The notes below the pieces were generated by a model that was given only the letters and a program-made list of their open reading frames with translations, was not told the origin of the DNA and made no database searches. From the human T2T-CHM13v2.0 reference genome, Homo sapiens: 64,000 bases of DNA. Positions 34,001 through 48,919 of this stretch are shown piece by piece; the stretch's first letter is position 1; each line of letters starts with the position of its first letter. The DNA lies in assembly GCF_009914755.1 (NCBI RefSeq), contig NC_060932.1. The stretch is one strand, 5' to 3'. Made by a program: the position numbers and the translations under genes.

Positions 34001-37000
34001 TATCACTTTTCTAATGAACAAAGTTAACCAACAGCAGAGATCTCAACACAAATTAAGAAGACTCAACCAAAACAAAGCACACTAAATCATCTCAGTACAG
34101 AAGTTTGTCAAGAGCAATGACTGTGTTAATTAAATTTTATAAAGCTTCTTAGCTCAATATGGTCTAATGTAATGAAGTGTAAATTAACCTAAAATATTTG
34201 AAATTAAAATCAAAACCAGGTGTCTTCACTCTAAATTCATGGGAAAATGATCCTGCACTTGAATAGAGGGTACTGATATTATCTCTTACCTTTTTCTATA
34301 GATTTTTAGAAATATGAATTCACATTTTCCGCAACCCTTCAAACTCACAGAGAAAAATAAATGACTGGTTTAATAAAACCCCTTTCTTGCTATTTAACTG
34401 TAGTGTCATAAAAGATTCTTAAATAATTTCTGTAGGAAAGAAGAAAATATTAAATTTTGGAGATATTTATTGTCAGTCAGAAATTCTCAATCTCATGCTA
34501 AATTAAGTTCTTGTGAGATATTCTAAAACAATAAACACAAAAATTAGTATAGACAAATTATTATTAGGTACACTAAATATTGATATTTTGTTTACTTAAG
34601 TAGCTATAACATATAGTATAATTATTAAGGGGTTATTATACTTTATGATAGTTATGAAATTATTAAATATCACCAAGTTTATAGAAAAGCAATTAAATCA
34701 CAAGTACACAGACACACTGATATTCATAAAAGGAAGACAAATGTTCCAAAAAACATAATTTCTTTTGGCCCCTTTAGCCACGTATATAATCTAGAATAAC
34801 ATGAACATGTAGTTATTCACAACTTAGGCAATAATAATGTTTGGTCATATTTAAGTAAATGGAATATCTATACTATTTAATACCTTATGCCTTCCTTTCA
34901 AAATAAAAAACTGTAAAATCTCTGTGTTCAGGGATTATGAAACAGTAAAGCAGGGGTAAAATTCATAATTCTGGGCAGGTCACTTTCTGAAAAAGGACGG
35001 TATCATAAGCCTAGAAAGACATTTTACTTTTTTCCAAAGCCATTTCTTAAAAGAGAGATGATTTTTTACATAAAATTTGGTTACGAAGAAATAGCGCTAT
35101 GCTGCATAATAATACATACATGGAATCCATCATTAAATGAAATGTTTTTCTAAAATATAAAACATGAAAATGTTTCTCTTCCTTCTCGTAGGTTTATACT
35201 GTGCTTTCTCTGAAAATTAAAGTTTGTGGGGTTTTGTGCATGAGTATGCATGATAAAAAGATAACTAACAGGGATGAACATAGACTTTTACAAAAATTAC
35301 ACATAGCTATAATGCACATATTCATTCATCCAACAATAGTTACTGAGTTTTTACTTGTTCTACGTATTGTTGTAAATACTTGGGAAACATCACTCAACGG
35401 ATAAATATCTTAGACTTTATATTGCATTTGTACAAATGGGAAGACCTCATGGTATTAGACTTGGAGTGCTACCATTATACTTCAATTGTTTGCATGTGCT
35501 GGGAGTGTCAATAACAAACGTCGACAGCTATTGAATTTGGAGTGCTAATTCTTACCCTGGTTTGGTGGGCTCAGATCAGTCCTCCTTCTCTGATTAACCC
35601 CTATGTCATTACCACCATCACTATCATGGTACTATTCTTGACTTAGTAAGTCGTATGTATAGAAATGTACCACTGAATATTCCTGTGTCCTATGTACTGC
35701 CTAGAGAGAAAAGAGAGTTGGACTGAAGTCTAGACCAAATCCTGTGTGTGGGGACTGGTATCAAAATGTACCAAGGGTAATAAGAATTTCAAACCAAAGC
35801 CACCAAAGAGGGAAGTAAAATGTTGAATAGGAGGTGGAGATATCAAAACAACTCAGCGGCACAAATGAGTAATGCCGTGGTGGGCTTCAAACAATATCTG
35901 GTCTTCCCCCAAAAATACACTATGTTAATGTGGCTCTTATGCAGTGGTAAGGCCTGACATTGTATTTGCTACAGCTAGTTGCATGTCCTTCTTCATATGT
36001 TAATATATAGTTAAGGGATACCTTTCTATGAAAGTGTCATATTCTATAAGAAACATGACCTGTTAGAATGTAAGCTCCAAATGAGTGAGGTTTATGTCTA
36101 TCTTACTTACAGCTATGCCCCCAAGACCTAAAATAATGCTTTGCACATAGAAGGTGCAAATGTGCAAATAAATTTGTTTGTTAAATAAATGAATAAATCC
36201 ATAGCTGACATTTTTATCTAGATACCAGAAAGACAGACTCTAAAATTAACACAATTATCTTTTACACAAACTATCTTTTAAAAATATTATGTAACAAGTA
36301 ACTTAGTTCAATTGCTTAAGTACATTTACAACTGGTTGTTTTGGAGGGCACAATTAAAAAATTAACTATAACCCACATGCAATTTCTGCCTCCAAATATA
36401 GCAGTTTTTTCTGAAATTTGTTTTTGAATGGCTGAGGAGTAAGTTTGACTACACTGGTTTTGGTCTAAAGCACTGGGTTTTGATCTATTTGCATAAGAAT
36501 TTGTCTGCATCTACATTCTTACCAACTACTTTTCCTGTTAATTTCCCGGTTTTCTCTGGCTCTTTTTAATATTTTTTCATTCAGGTCCTAAATGTGAGCC
36601 TTTTCCAAGATTCTCTCCAGACTTTGAATTTGATCATTTTGCACATCTTTAAATATAACCCACATGCAAATTATAGCCTAAAATGCTCACAGTAGGTTTG
36701 CTTTGTCATCACAGTGTGGTATTGCTATCCCGCCTTCAGGTCAAAAAACTAGATATATCTTCTCCATTCCCAGTCATTCTTCTTCCCTTGAATTTAATAT
36801 TTCTCATATTGTGTCAGTATTTTCCCCATAATCCAAAATTAAATCCTTATAGATGTATTATATATCTCCTTAAAAATCTCAGATAAATTCATGATTGAAA
36901 CAAAAAAACCTATCATTTCTTCCTCTACCTCAGTCTCTCACATCTTTATTCTATTACTTTCATTTGTTACTTTTTCCATGTATAATTGTATAGTTTTTCA

Positions 37001-37102
37001 AAGTACATTTCGTAATTCTTTCCTTCTCTCATTATTTACACATTACTCTTGGTAAAAGTACCTAAAGTACACCTTTGCTTAGCTCATGTACCTAATTCAA
37101 CT

Positions 37103-37205
37103 AAATATATATACGTGTGTGTGTGTGTATATATATATATATGTGTGTGTGTGTGTATATATACACACACACACATATGTGTATATGTACATGTGTGTGT
37201 GTGTA

Positions 37206-37260
<55 letters not shown>
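37103..37260. repeat. Compound (TG)n/(TA)n/(CA)n microsatellite
   Basis: Seen directly; ends in about (TA)20. Confidence 0.95.
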
Positions 37261-37262
<2 letters not shown>

Positions 37263-37514
37263 TAAGCTTGACTTTTCAGACCTTCTGTACTGAGGCTTCA
37301 ATGTAGTGTTTTAAATTTTGACCTCTACAAAATCTTTGTGTGCATTATACTTCATAAAATTCAAATATTTGCTTTCCCTCAAGCGCCCCATGAGATTTCC
37401 TAGCTCTGTGCATTTTTTCTATTATGCCTTTAACAAGGGATACTCTTTAATCTCCCTTCTTCTGCCTAAATGTATTTACCTGAAATTTTTTGCTTTTTCT
37501 TCACACTTCTTGCT

Positions 37515-38062
37515 TTAGATAATTATGGTTGTGACAAACACCCCCAAACTTAGCTGCTTAAAACAACTAACATTTATTGTCACATAATTTCTTTTCATCG
37601 GGAATCTGGGCACATTTTAGTTGGTTGCCTCTGTCTCAGAGACTGCCACTAGGCTGAAATCAAGGCATCAACAGGGGCTGCATTGCTCTCAAGGCTCAGC
37701 TGGAGACAGAATCTACATCAGAGTAGTATGTTTGGTCATTGGCAGCACTCAGTCCATGGTGAACTGTTGGACTGAGGGTCTGAGGTCCTCACTGGCTGTT
37801 GACTGGAGGCCACCTTCAGTACCTAGCCACTACAGAGTGGAGTTCGCAACATGAGCTTGCTTTATCAGAGCAAGCGAGTTAGCAAGAGAGGCCAAAAAGA
37901 TAGAAGACAGCGTCATTTTGTAATGTAATCTCAAAAGTGATATCCAGTCACCTTTGCAGTGTTCTATCCCGTAGTAGAGTCACTTAGAAGGATTGCATAG
38001 CATGTGAATATTTGGAGACACAGATCTTTGGGAACCATCTTAGATGCTGTCTACTAACCACA
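37515..38062 (-). mobile_element. MaLR LTR (MLT1E/F-like)
   Basis: CACCCCCAAACTTAGCTGCTTAAAACAACTAACATTTATT start and GGGAACCATCTTAGATGCTGTCTACTA end. Confidence 0.75.
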
Positions 38063-40823
38063 CTCCTCAAATATCATTTCTTTCTTGTTTTGCTCAGGAA
38101 AAGTAAACTTTTTTGGTCTTTGAATTCCTATACTAGTTGATTCGCTTCCTTTTCATGCCGCTAATCATTTTATCTTTTTATTTGAGTACTTTTAACATAC
38201 TGGTTTTGACTACGGTGTATCTAATTCTCAATATATTTCTATCACAATATTTTACACATAGTATTTTTGACTAAATATTGCTGAATGGTTTCTATCTCTG
38301 TCATGATCCCTCCTAACAGGACAGCCAAACAGAGTACCTTGGTACCTTTCTATTAAAACCCTCACCTCAAATATCATGAACACTGTAACTAGTAAAATCA
38401 ACATAACTTTCAAAATACACAGTGGAAGAAAATGTATTAAACTATCTCATTCTTATTTCACTTAGTGGACTCAAGACATGCCATTGAAGTTCTTAACAAT
38501 GTAATCTTTTATAACAAGCTCTACTATAATAAGATATTCTTGAAATTGAGAAACAGAACTAATGCCTCTGGGTTAGCTCTGTGTTTACATTACTCTCTAC
38601 AAAAAGCACTTTGAAATTGAAAATTGACACATGACATCTTGAAGCAAGTACACTACAGGGTTTATGTCTTCTGCCATTCAGATGCAAATTTTTCTTAAAA
38701 AAATCTAAAATGTATACTAAAGAAATTGGTATACAAGCTGACACCTATTTCTTCATAATAAAACCTAGGCCCATGCAATAATTTCATAAAAAATAGTGAA
38801 GCAATTTCATAAAATGTACTATAACAATGGACTGATATTACTACCCCCCACCTCGTAAAATGTGGGGAAGAGGAGTAATAATTGCTTCTCACACATTTCA
38901 TTAGTCAAACAACATTCTATATTATTTATTTTTATAAACTCTGCAGTAAAATTCCCTTTGTCTTTTAAAATAGTTTACAAATACATTGTCTATAGTAGAG
39001 TATATACTCTTGGCAGATATACTTTACTTGGTTTAAGAGAATCTAATGCCAGCCAATCACAAATGAATGTCTATGATAAACAAATTTCAAATGACAGTGT
39101 GATTATTTTCTTCTTTGAACAAAGCAGGACTTTTTTTCTTTATTCATCCCTTTAAAATGATAAAAATAACTGACTTTGCAAATTATAAATATATCATATT
39201 ATTTCTATAATCTTTACTATTAGCATCAAAGAATAGTACCATTGTGCTTGATTTGAATCATTAATGATTTTTTGCAACAGCATTGTTAATTGGCAGGCCC
39301 ACGGAATTGCTGGTGATGCTATAGAAACATTCGAAGAACAACACTGTCCCACAGGATCCACGGAACAGTCATAAACGAAATGCACCATCTGCTGCTGTTT
39401 AAATGAAATAGTGGTTTAAAAGCTTCACGTAACATATACAAACTTCAGAAAACATATTTTTTACTACAAATATAATAGCTATAAAATTTGATTCCAGGAA
39501 AAAAAGGGGGGGCAGGGAGGAAACCACAAAGTCTTTAAATTCCCTTTGAGACTAAGTTAGAATCCAGATCTTCCTGAATTCAATTCCTTTTAACATTTGC
39601 ATCAGATCTTTAGTTGATCCGGTTTCCCAAAAGATATAAGTCTTGCTTTCATAATTCATTCCCAGTTTGGCGTGGAATAAGATAGCTTACCTCCACATTC
39701 CTGGCAAGAAACATTTCTTTGCTGGAAGAAAAGTTCACCTTTTAACTGAATGTTTGGCTACAGATCAGGAAAAAATAAGATCTGATTTCTTTTACACTTG
39801 ACTTCCTTTTTCATGTGAGCCTTACACAGAATTGTCTTTATTCTTCACTCTGTCAGCTAGAATATAATAAATTATGCCAGTTCCTGTTGATCTATCACCC
39901 TTAGGAATTCTTGAACATATCCCACAAATAATGTATCTTCCAGTTCATTGAAATCTAGCAGTTTGAGAATTCATTCATCTCAAACAAAGGATGTGAAATA
40001 TGCCTTTTTCACTTCCTAAGAGGTCCAATGTACCAACCTTTAAACTGGTATTTGATTTTCCAGGCTTCTCATTAGTGCCAATGTTCTTTCTTTACAATGG
40101 TGCTGACTCCTCAGTTTTAGCTTCCTCTCTTTTGCCTTCTGGGCCTGCAAAATTCTGCCTTCCAATTTTTAAACAGCTATTACTTTGTTTACACAAGTTA
40201 ACAATCTCCTACCAATTCTCCTTTCCTCCTATGCTCTTTCCCTCAATAGCCTAGCCAGAAAGAGAAGGAATGGAAGGAAGGAGGTAGAGAATGCTGTGAA
40301 TTCTAAAGCACATTTGCATAAAGAGAATGGTTCTATTTGAGCCAATTTAATATTGAGGTTTTACTATGTTAGTGTATAAATGAGGTGATTGGCCTATCCC
40401 TGTAAAAATAAATAATACTAATATAAAATAGGTTAAAAGATTATATTATTTTAGCTTATGATGAAGACAAACATACTAAGAAGAATGTTGTTTAATAAAA
40501 TTTACCTATTGTTGAAATGATATAAGTGATTGTTTTAGTTGACAGCGTAGAATACAAAAGCTTACACTATATGAGAAGTCTCTGGTTATTGCTCTGCCAG
40601 GAGAGAGAGAGAGACTTCTCTAGTACTACATGCCCTCTATGGTATCTAGTGCAATGTCTTGAACATTGCAGTCTCCTAGATACTTGTTTAATTTTTTTGA
40701 AGTGCAATTTTATTTGACAAAAAAAAAAAATAAGACAGAAGATATCCTTGAAGATTCAGTAGCAACAAAGGTCTATGTAGTGTTTTCAGCAGAATGTTTG
40801 GAGAAAGAAGAAAAAAAAAGAGA

Positions 40824-41503
40824 TGTGTCAGTCAGGGTCCAGTCAGGAAAAGCGTAATTACACCAGATATTTTAATAGAGAAAATTTAACATAGAAAATT
40901 GGTTAAACAAGTACTGGAGGAGTACAAAGGCAAACAAAAAAAAATACACTGAGATAACACAGAGCAGTGATTTCAACAGGCAGCCTTCACCTGTAGGACT
41001 AATGGAACAAAGGGAAAAGATTGCTCATGAGGCTGTAGAAGCTTGGAGGCAGGTCTCCATGTGCTGGGACCCACAGTCTCTAAGGAGAGATGCTGTCCAG
41101 CGGGTGCTGGTACCTCTGAAACTCTGGGGAGGGGCCCCTTGAAGCAGAACCTACATCTCAGAGGAGCTGGACATCAGGTGGCTGGTACTAATATCTCAGA
41201 CATGGCTGTTTAGGGCCTGTAAGTGAAATGAAGAAATAAAAAAAAAAGTGAAAATCATAACCAATGACCACTGGAAGCAGCTGCTGCTGCCTGAGGGGGA
41301 TGAAGAATTGTTGCTGAAAGAACAGCAAATGAAAAGAAATGAGCATTTCCCTTCTTTCTCCTCCAAACTTCCAATCTCTATGCAGTGGTAGAAACTAACA
41401 GGAGACAGCTGACAGAGTAGAGGTGTAGTTTGCAGAGTCCAAACTGCAGAATCACAAAACAGAATATAGAAGGCTGTGAAAGACAAGAGCTTAATAACCA
41501 ACA
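40824..41503 (-). mobile_element. Old solo LTR (LTR78/79-like), family uncertain
   Basis: TGTGTCAGTCAGGGTCCAGTCAGGA start; ends AATAACCAACA. Confidence 0.55.
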
Positions 41504-43753
41504 CGAGAGAGCAGAGGCAACCGACAGAACAAGCAAAGCGTGCAATCTGATGCAAACAGACTGTCTGGGTATGTGTGGTGACCTGGGAATGTGGGAGGGA
41601 GGCTGGAGAAAGTTCCTTAGGAAGTCCGAGAGGTCAGAAGGTTCTTTGCCCTTAGTAGAACCTTGCCATCTGGTTCAGACTTCTTCTTCCATATATTTGA
41701 AGTCACTCTCCTTACCTAATCCCTTTGATAAGGTATAGATGGCTCTTTGTTGGCTATAGACTGAAATTCCACTCTCTTACCCTGATGTTCATATCCCTTC
41801 ATGGTCTGGCTCCTGCCTTCCTTTCCCATCTTAGCTTCTCTTCCTTACAAGGAAGGTCCATCTGCCTAAAACTGAACATGACATGTGCATGTGGACACAC
41901 TTGCACACGCTATTCTCTCTTTCCAGTACACTTCAAGTACCATTCAGAAGAGAATCGAACTACCCACTTGAGATGAGCCCTATCTGTGTGGTCCAGCACT
42001 TGGCTTTCATGTCTGGTAAATGATCAGCATTCCTCTTTTCCCTTTTCTGACCTCATGTCATGCCTCTCTCTGCATCAGCCACAGTTGCCTCTATTTTCTT
42101 GTCTCAATATTTGGCACTGGCTTGACCTCTCCTTGAAAGGCTCTTCCCCCAAATTCTCTATGACTCACTCCTCATTTTCATTAAATTTTTGCTCAAATGG
42201 CATCTTCTCAGAGAGGCTTTTCTTAATCATTGGCAAGAATGTTGTAAACCACAAACCCATTTACTTCCTCCTCTCTATCCCTATCCCTGCTGTATTGTTT
42301 TACATTGTCCTTATCATGTTCTAATGTATTATATAGCTGACCTGTAACATCTGCTCCATGAAGGCAGGTTTTTACCTGTTCTGTGTACTGTGTGTGCAGT
42401 GCACCGGGAAATAGGGTTAGCCACATTTCTCAGCCACTGAGGTGCTGAGAAATGTTAGCTGCTAGAGAAAGGTAGCCAAGAGTGAAAGCAAAAAGAGGAT
42501 GGTGGATTCAAATTCTCTTTTAAAAGATATGATTCCTTGAATGGATAGAAAGATATGGGGGGAAAAGTAATGTATTTTTGAAGAAAAAAAGGATTTGGGA
42601 ATATTTTTAGGTTAAGGAGTAATAAATAATAAGAATTGGATAGTTTTTAGAATACATTCTTAAAGGAAGAGGGGGGCCATTGATTATGAGCATAGGTAAA
42701 ATGATAAAGCCTAAAAAAAGAATTTATCACTGTCCTCTGAGATTGGAGGAAAAGCAGAGAAGTGAAAGTAAAGAATTGTGTTCCAGGGGAAAGAGGAGAG
42801 TTATGGAATGCCTTGAATAAAGTAGAAAGTTATGCTGTCTAGTTACAGCACCTTGTCAGAATGAGAAGGGACAAGTATTCTGCAGCAGCTGTGTGGGGAC
42901 CCTGGGGAGAGGGAACAGAGGTGCAGGGAGTACCTGTGTGCTCTGCAAGGCCCAGGTGCAGAACACCCAGAAGCTTCCTCAACTTTCTGCAGCAGCATTT
43001 CACAGGACAAGTGCACCATTAGAAAAGCAAGATTTGCATTTGTCAGGGCTGCTTCTGAATTGAAGAAATGGCAAGGATGTGAGAGCAACTGATAGAAACA
43101 AGGCCAGCATTGATTTGAGCTTTTCTCTAGATCTTGGCAAGTTGCAAGTGGAGAGGAAGGAAAGAGAATAGGTGTCATTTGCTTAGGATTTCTGAGAAAG
43201 ATGAGCTGTGTGGTGGGGGAAATCCAGCTTTCATTTAACATAATTGGTAGAAAGAACAGTTGCAGCAAAGTTAATGTCAGAGATTGCACTTCAACTTAAG
43301 CCAATTCATGGCACCAAAGTCCACAGTCACTGGAAGAGGAAAATAGGCCAGCAAAGAGAATTGGACACAAGAATGGGAAAAGGGCATAAAAGCTGAACAA
43401 AGGGGAAGTGAAGTCGCACTTAATAAGGTCACAATAATGAAGAAAGCAAGTCTATTGTGAATAGTCTTGAAAGGAATTTAAAAATAATGTCGACCTCAGA
43501 GTAACACATGCAAAGAATGGATTTGCTTAATGTAGTGATTCTCATGTTTGACTTTAGTATTCCTTACACTCATTCCTCAATTCACCTTTTGAGGCAAACA
43601 AGTGATTCTGTAAAACTCAAGGAACAATGTGAAAACACCAACTATCAATCTGTTAAAATCACATTTTTGAGATTAATCAATTCATTAATTAAAGCTTATA
43701 AATCAATCATATGCTGACTGGTTGCATTCAAACAAATATTTTAAATTATTTAC

Positions 43754-44089
<336 letters not shown>

Positions 44090-44693
44090 TAGAACTCCTG
44101 AGATCTGTGGTAGGTGCATAATATGTAAGTAGACTAATACAATATTTCATGCTGAAAAAGAATTAGATCAGTTTGCATCTGTATAAAGCCCCAGGTTCTT
44201 TACTAGCAGTCCTTTCACTTTTTCTTTTTATACTAAATTTTGAGTATTGAGGCTCACTTAATTCTGAGATTTTTTAAATGTACTACTAATATATTTAATT
44301 TTCTTATATCATTTTATCTTCATCACAATGAAGTTTAAGAAATAAAATCTAATTTCTTATCTTGTATATAGTGTTTAAAATGGATACAATTAAGAACTAT
44401 TTATAATATGAAGGATTAAATAAATCTAGAAATTTAAATAATCATTATAAAAACTCTAAATATTTGAAATCACTATACTTCTATAGAGTAATTATTTATT
44501 TTCTGCAGTTCTGCACAGCCATAATGTGGTCAATGCTCACATTGTTAATATTGTGATTATGATATTTATTGTGGCTAATAACGTTATGCCATGCCTAGCT
44601 ATTCCTCTTTATTTTCTCTATTTCTATTTTTCTGTTTCTCTTGATCTATTTAAATTCACCTAGGAAAGTTTGACAAATACAACCTTCAGGGCA

Positions 44694-44849
44694 TCATACC
44701 CAAAACCTTTTAACCAACCTATATTCAGGATGGTAAGTCATCTACGAACAACTCATAAATGATCCCAAAACTCATACACAAAACCTTTTAACCAACATGT
44801 ATTTGGGATGGTAACTCATCTATGAACAACTCATAAATGATCCTAAAAT
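44694..44849. repeat. Two-copy 78-bp tandem duplication
   Basis: Units start at 44694 and 44772 (TCATAC.CAAAACCTTTTAACCAAC...); about 9 mismatches. Confidence 0.95.
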
Positions 44850-46854
44850 TCAGAAAGGCTCATAGTCTTTAAGATGTGTTTATGAACAGTTAATAATGTA
44901 AGCCATACTTCCTTATTATGGTAGTTCAAAATTTAATAATGTGTAAAAAAGAGAATCTACTTTTTTTTAAATTTTCAGTTTTGCAAACTTTTACTATAAA
45001 TCATTTTGAAATTCAATGAAAAATGTCAAAAAGATCTTTAAAAACTTTGTGAACATTACTAGCATATAAAATGGAGTCCATATTCTCTATTTCACATCGG
45101 AAACATTTGTATTGGCTAAACCTATTGGACATAAGGAAAAATATATATATGAACCATCTTTTAGCTCAGTAATTCCCTCCTACACACTATTCTGGGTTCA
45201 TCCGTCTGCAAAATAATATATTTATACTATTAATTCATCAGCCATATTTTTCCATTAACATAATTTTACACACTAAAAAACGTGCTCTTCAAAAATGTAC
45301 TCAACTTGTAATCCAGCCCCACAAGGCTATTGGAACTACTCTCTTTATCAATGAAGAAATTTAAATAGCATTGCCAACATGTACACAGTCAGCATTGATA
45401 TGTGAGATTTGGCTTCATTTGGTTATGACTGTTGACCCAGTCTAATTATCTACTTATCTGCTGTATGACTTATAACAAGTCACCTAATATTTCCTCTTCC
45501 GTGTTTTGAAGTTTGAAAAGACAAGCTGCCAGGATATAATACTTGTGTATTCAGTAAATATTGACTGATTTGTATAGTAGTTAATGAAGTAAGACTATAA
45601 AGAAGACAGTTTTTGGAGGTCATTGTCACAAGAGAAGTTTTTGCAAATATTGAAAGCATTGATGGCTACCAATAAAAGATTAAAATATATATAAGAATAC
45701 TGAATTCATAATGCTTTTTTAGTGAAACCTGTATTGTACTGGAAATGACCATAATTTCTTGTGTTTAAATCAAGAAGGACAACTGTACCCTATTAAAGTT
45801 ATTTGAGGCACCTCTGGAGCACATGGGTGCTGTATGTGTCTCTCTGTTTAAGCAAAAACTCTCTCCTATCAGAAAATGTTCTCCATGAGGGCAGATACCC
45901 TGTCTTTTTCTTTCCTTGTAGCGATTTATCATTGTATTTCCAAGGCTTAGTACAGTGGCTGGCACTTATTATTAATAGCAGCTCAGTATATATTTAAATG
46001 AATGAATACAATAAATCTTAGATCTCACCAAACATTTTAATACCCAGATAGCATATTTTCTGTTATATTCCAAAAGATTCTTTTGGAATCAAAATTGGTT
46101 GAATATCAGAAGAAGTTTGAAAAAAAAAAAGTCTGTGGAAGATTTACTTATTTTTTTATTTTTAAATGTTCTATTTCACTAGACATTCGTCCCCAGGGAA
46201 ATATTTTCCTAGGCTCTGGCTACATGACCACAGGTGAATTGGATCAGTGTTAAAAAACTAATTGAACAATTTGGGCAATCTGTTTTGCTAAGGGCTGTTT
46301 AATACATCACAAGTGTCAAGACTGGTACTTCTAGTTCCTCACAGCTTAATTCAGGCATACAGATGAGTCATGATTAACTTTGGTAAGGCAGATTTCAGAC
46401 TTTTCTGATTTCTAGTTTTAGTATTCACACCATGATGTTTGATACTTATGAATTTTACATGATTTGCCAAAAATCTGAGAGTAACAGAAGTTATGCTGGT
46501 ACTTAGAAATAGATTCAAGACCCTTCAACTAGAGGTTAAAAGAAAGCCCAATGGCTTCAGAAGTAGATGAAATTGGTTGTCCTGGCATATTTTCTGACTT
46601 TAGATTGTTTATGTTCAATCATTTTAGATGATCATCCTAACATCTTGAAACAAATGTATTTTCTTCTAGGAAAAAAAATATAACACCTGGCAATAAAACA
46701 TGAGAACCACAAAGAGGATTCAATCATCATATCCTAGTATAATCTACATAAAACCAGACTAATTGGCTCATGCCAGGAAGTCAGCCTCAGGAAAGTGTTT
46801 TATTAAAAGAACTAAGCCCAGCAATAGCAAAAGGTTAATTTAAAACAAACTGTC

Positions 46855-47095
46855 TAGTAGTCCCAGATAAAATCTTAGAGCAGAAAAAGGACATTAGGAA
46901 GAAACTAATAAAATCTAAATAAAGTTTGGAGTTTAGTTAATAATAATGTATCAATATTGATTAATTAGGTACAACAAACGTACCATAGCAATGTAAGATG
47001 TAAACTGGATGTGGGATATTTGGGTACACTGTTCTATCTTTGTAACTAATTTGTAAACCCAAAAATTATCTAAAATAAAATTTTATTTTTAAAAG
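46855..47095 (+). mobile_element. L1MC/MD-type 3' end fragment
   Basis: GAAAAAGGACATTAG...AATGTATCAATATTG...TAAAATAAAA. Confidence 0.7.
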
Positions 47096-47877
47096 CAAAT
47101 TGTCTGCATTAGAATTACTCTCAAGTACACCAAAGATTCTATTTATTTGCCATGCCAAAATGATTGAAATTCAGCATTTTTCATTTCTCTTTTCCTTAGT
47201 TTCTCACACCATAACTGCCTCGAGGACTCTCTATTATGCAACATGAAGATTCCTAAGTTGTTATCCCATAACATAGACTGCTGAAAATTTTTTATTTTAC
47301 TCTCCCGTTGGTCTGTTACCATTCTCCTGTTTTTTCTTCTTGCCATCAGTATCTCAGCTTCTCTATTACCCACCTCATTCATTAGCCATATGTTCTTACA
47401 ATATCATCCTGCAGTCATTGAGCAACACAGGATTCTTGGTTTTAGTATCAACCATGTTGTTACACGTGACAGTGGTTTATTCTCTTTGGTTGCTATATAA
47501 AATTTGACTGTATGATTGCTTAATAGCTTATTTACTTTTTAGCTGTTAATGTCTATTTGGCTTATTTACAGTTTGCAGCTATAAATATTTTTATACATAT
47601 ATTTTGTGTACAGATACAGTTCTACAAACATAGATAACTAGGATCAAATGGTTGCATCAGATCATGAGTATGTTTAATTTGAAAGGTACCTCCAAATAGT
47701 TTTCTCAAGTGGTTTCATGAAGTTAGATTTCTTCCAGAAGCATATGAGAGTTCTCGTTGCTCCACATCCTCATCAACACTTGGTATAAAGTTTAGTAGAT
47801 TTTTAAATGTTACCCTTTCTGTTGTATGCAGAGTAGAATGTGTTATAGTGTTAATATTTATCCCCCTGATATTTCAT

Positions 47878-48600
47878 CAGTAGTATGCTGGTAAATGTTT
47901 AATAACCTGCTCCCCCAAAACTTTATGTGCATAATACATACATATATATGCACATACTAATTATAAATTGTATTTGTCTAAAGGATGTGTTGCACATAAT
48001 TTACAAACAAAAATTTTAAAATTTAACATTTATTATTTTGAATCCTCTATAGCCAATTAATTCTCACAGAATGTTGTTCATGATTTCTATGGATCTCTGG
48101 TTTCTGTAACCAATCTACTGTCACATTTCAATCATGGTTTCAAAGATGGAGTTACAGCCTGGTTGTGGTGGCTCATGGCTGTAATCCCAGCAATTTGGGA
48201 TGCTGAGGCGCGAAGATTGCTTGAGCCTGGGAGCTTGAGATCAGCCAGGGTAACATAGTGAGATTTCATTTCTACATAAAATACAAAAATTAGCCAGGCA
48301 TGGTTGTGCATGCCTGTGTCCCAGCTACTCGGGAGGCTGAGGTTGGAAGACAGATTGAGCCTGGGGAGTTCAATGCTTCAGTGAGCCATGTTTGGCCCAC
48401 TGCAGGTGAGCCTGGGCAACAGAGTGAGAACGTGTCTCAAAAAAATAAAAAATATTAAAAAAAAACCAAAGATGGAGTTACACCCCAATCCACTAAATGT
48501 TTACCCAATAAATGTATTGTCATTAAATCTGACATGTTAATATTAAAATATTTATCTCACAGAAATTATATTCACTAATGTAAAATCTCTTACAGCTTAA
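47878..48600. mobile_element. Arthur1-like hAT-Tip100 DNA transposon fragment
   Basis: Terminal CAGTAGTATGCTGGTAAATGTTTAATAACC; right edge approximate. Confidence 0.6.
48157..48466 (+). mobile_element. AluJ
   Basis: Diverged dimer; exact 16-bp TSD CAAAGATGGAGTTACA at 48141-48156 and 48467-48482. Confidence 0.93.
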
Positions 48601-48645
48601 ATACTAGCTTTGTGTGTGTGTCACAGGAAGCTAATATGTATGTGT

Positions 48646-48678
<33 letters not shown>

Positions 48679-48919
48679 CTACTGACTTAGTAGAAGGCAA
48701 CTGGTTTCTCACAGCTGCCTCTGCATTCAACCTGTTAAGACATCACATGTCATGCTTGTAGTTTCTGGAAAAATTCACTAACCATGCATAAAAGAATGAA
48801 AGTGAGAGATAAATAGCATTGTAGTATTATTATGAAAATAGTTTTTATCTTGTGGGTCTATGAAAAGATCACATGGACTTCCAGAGGCCCTCAGATCATA
48901 CTCAAGGACTGCCAGAATG

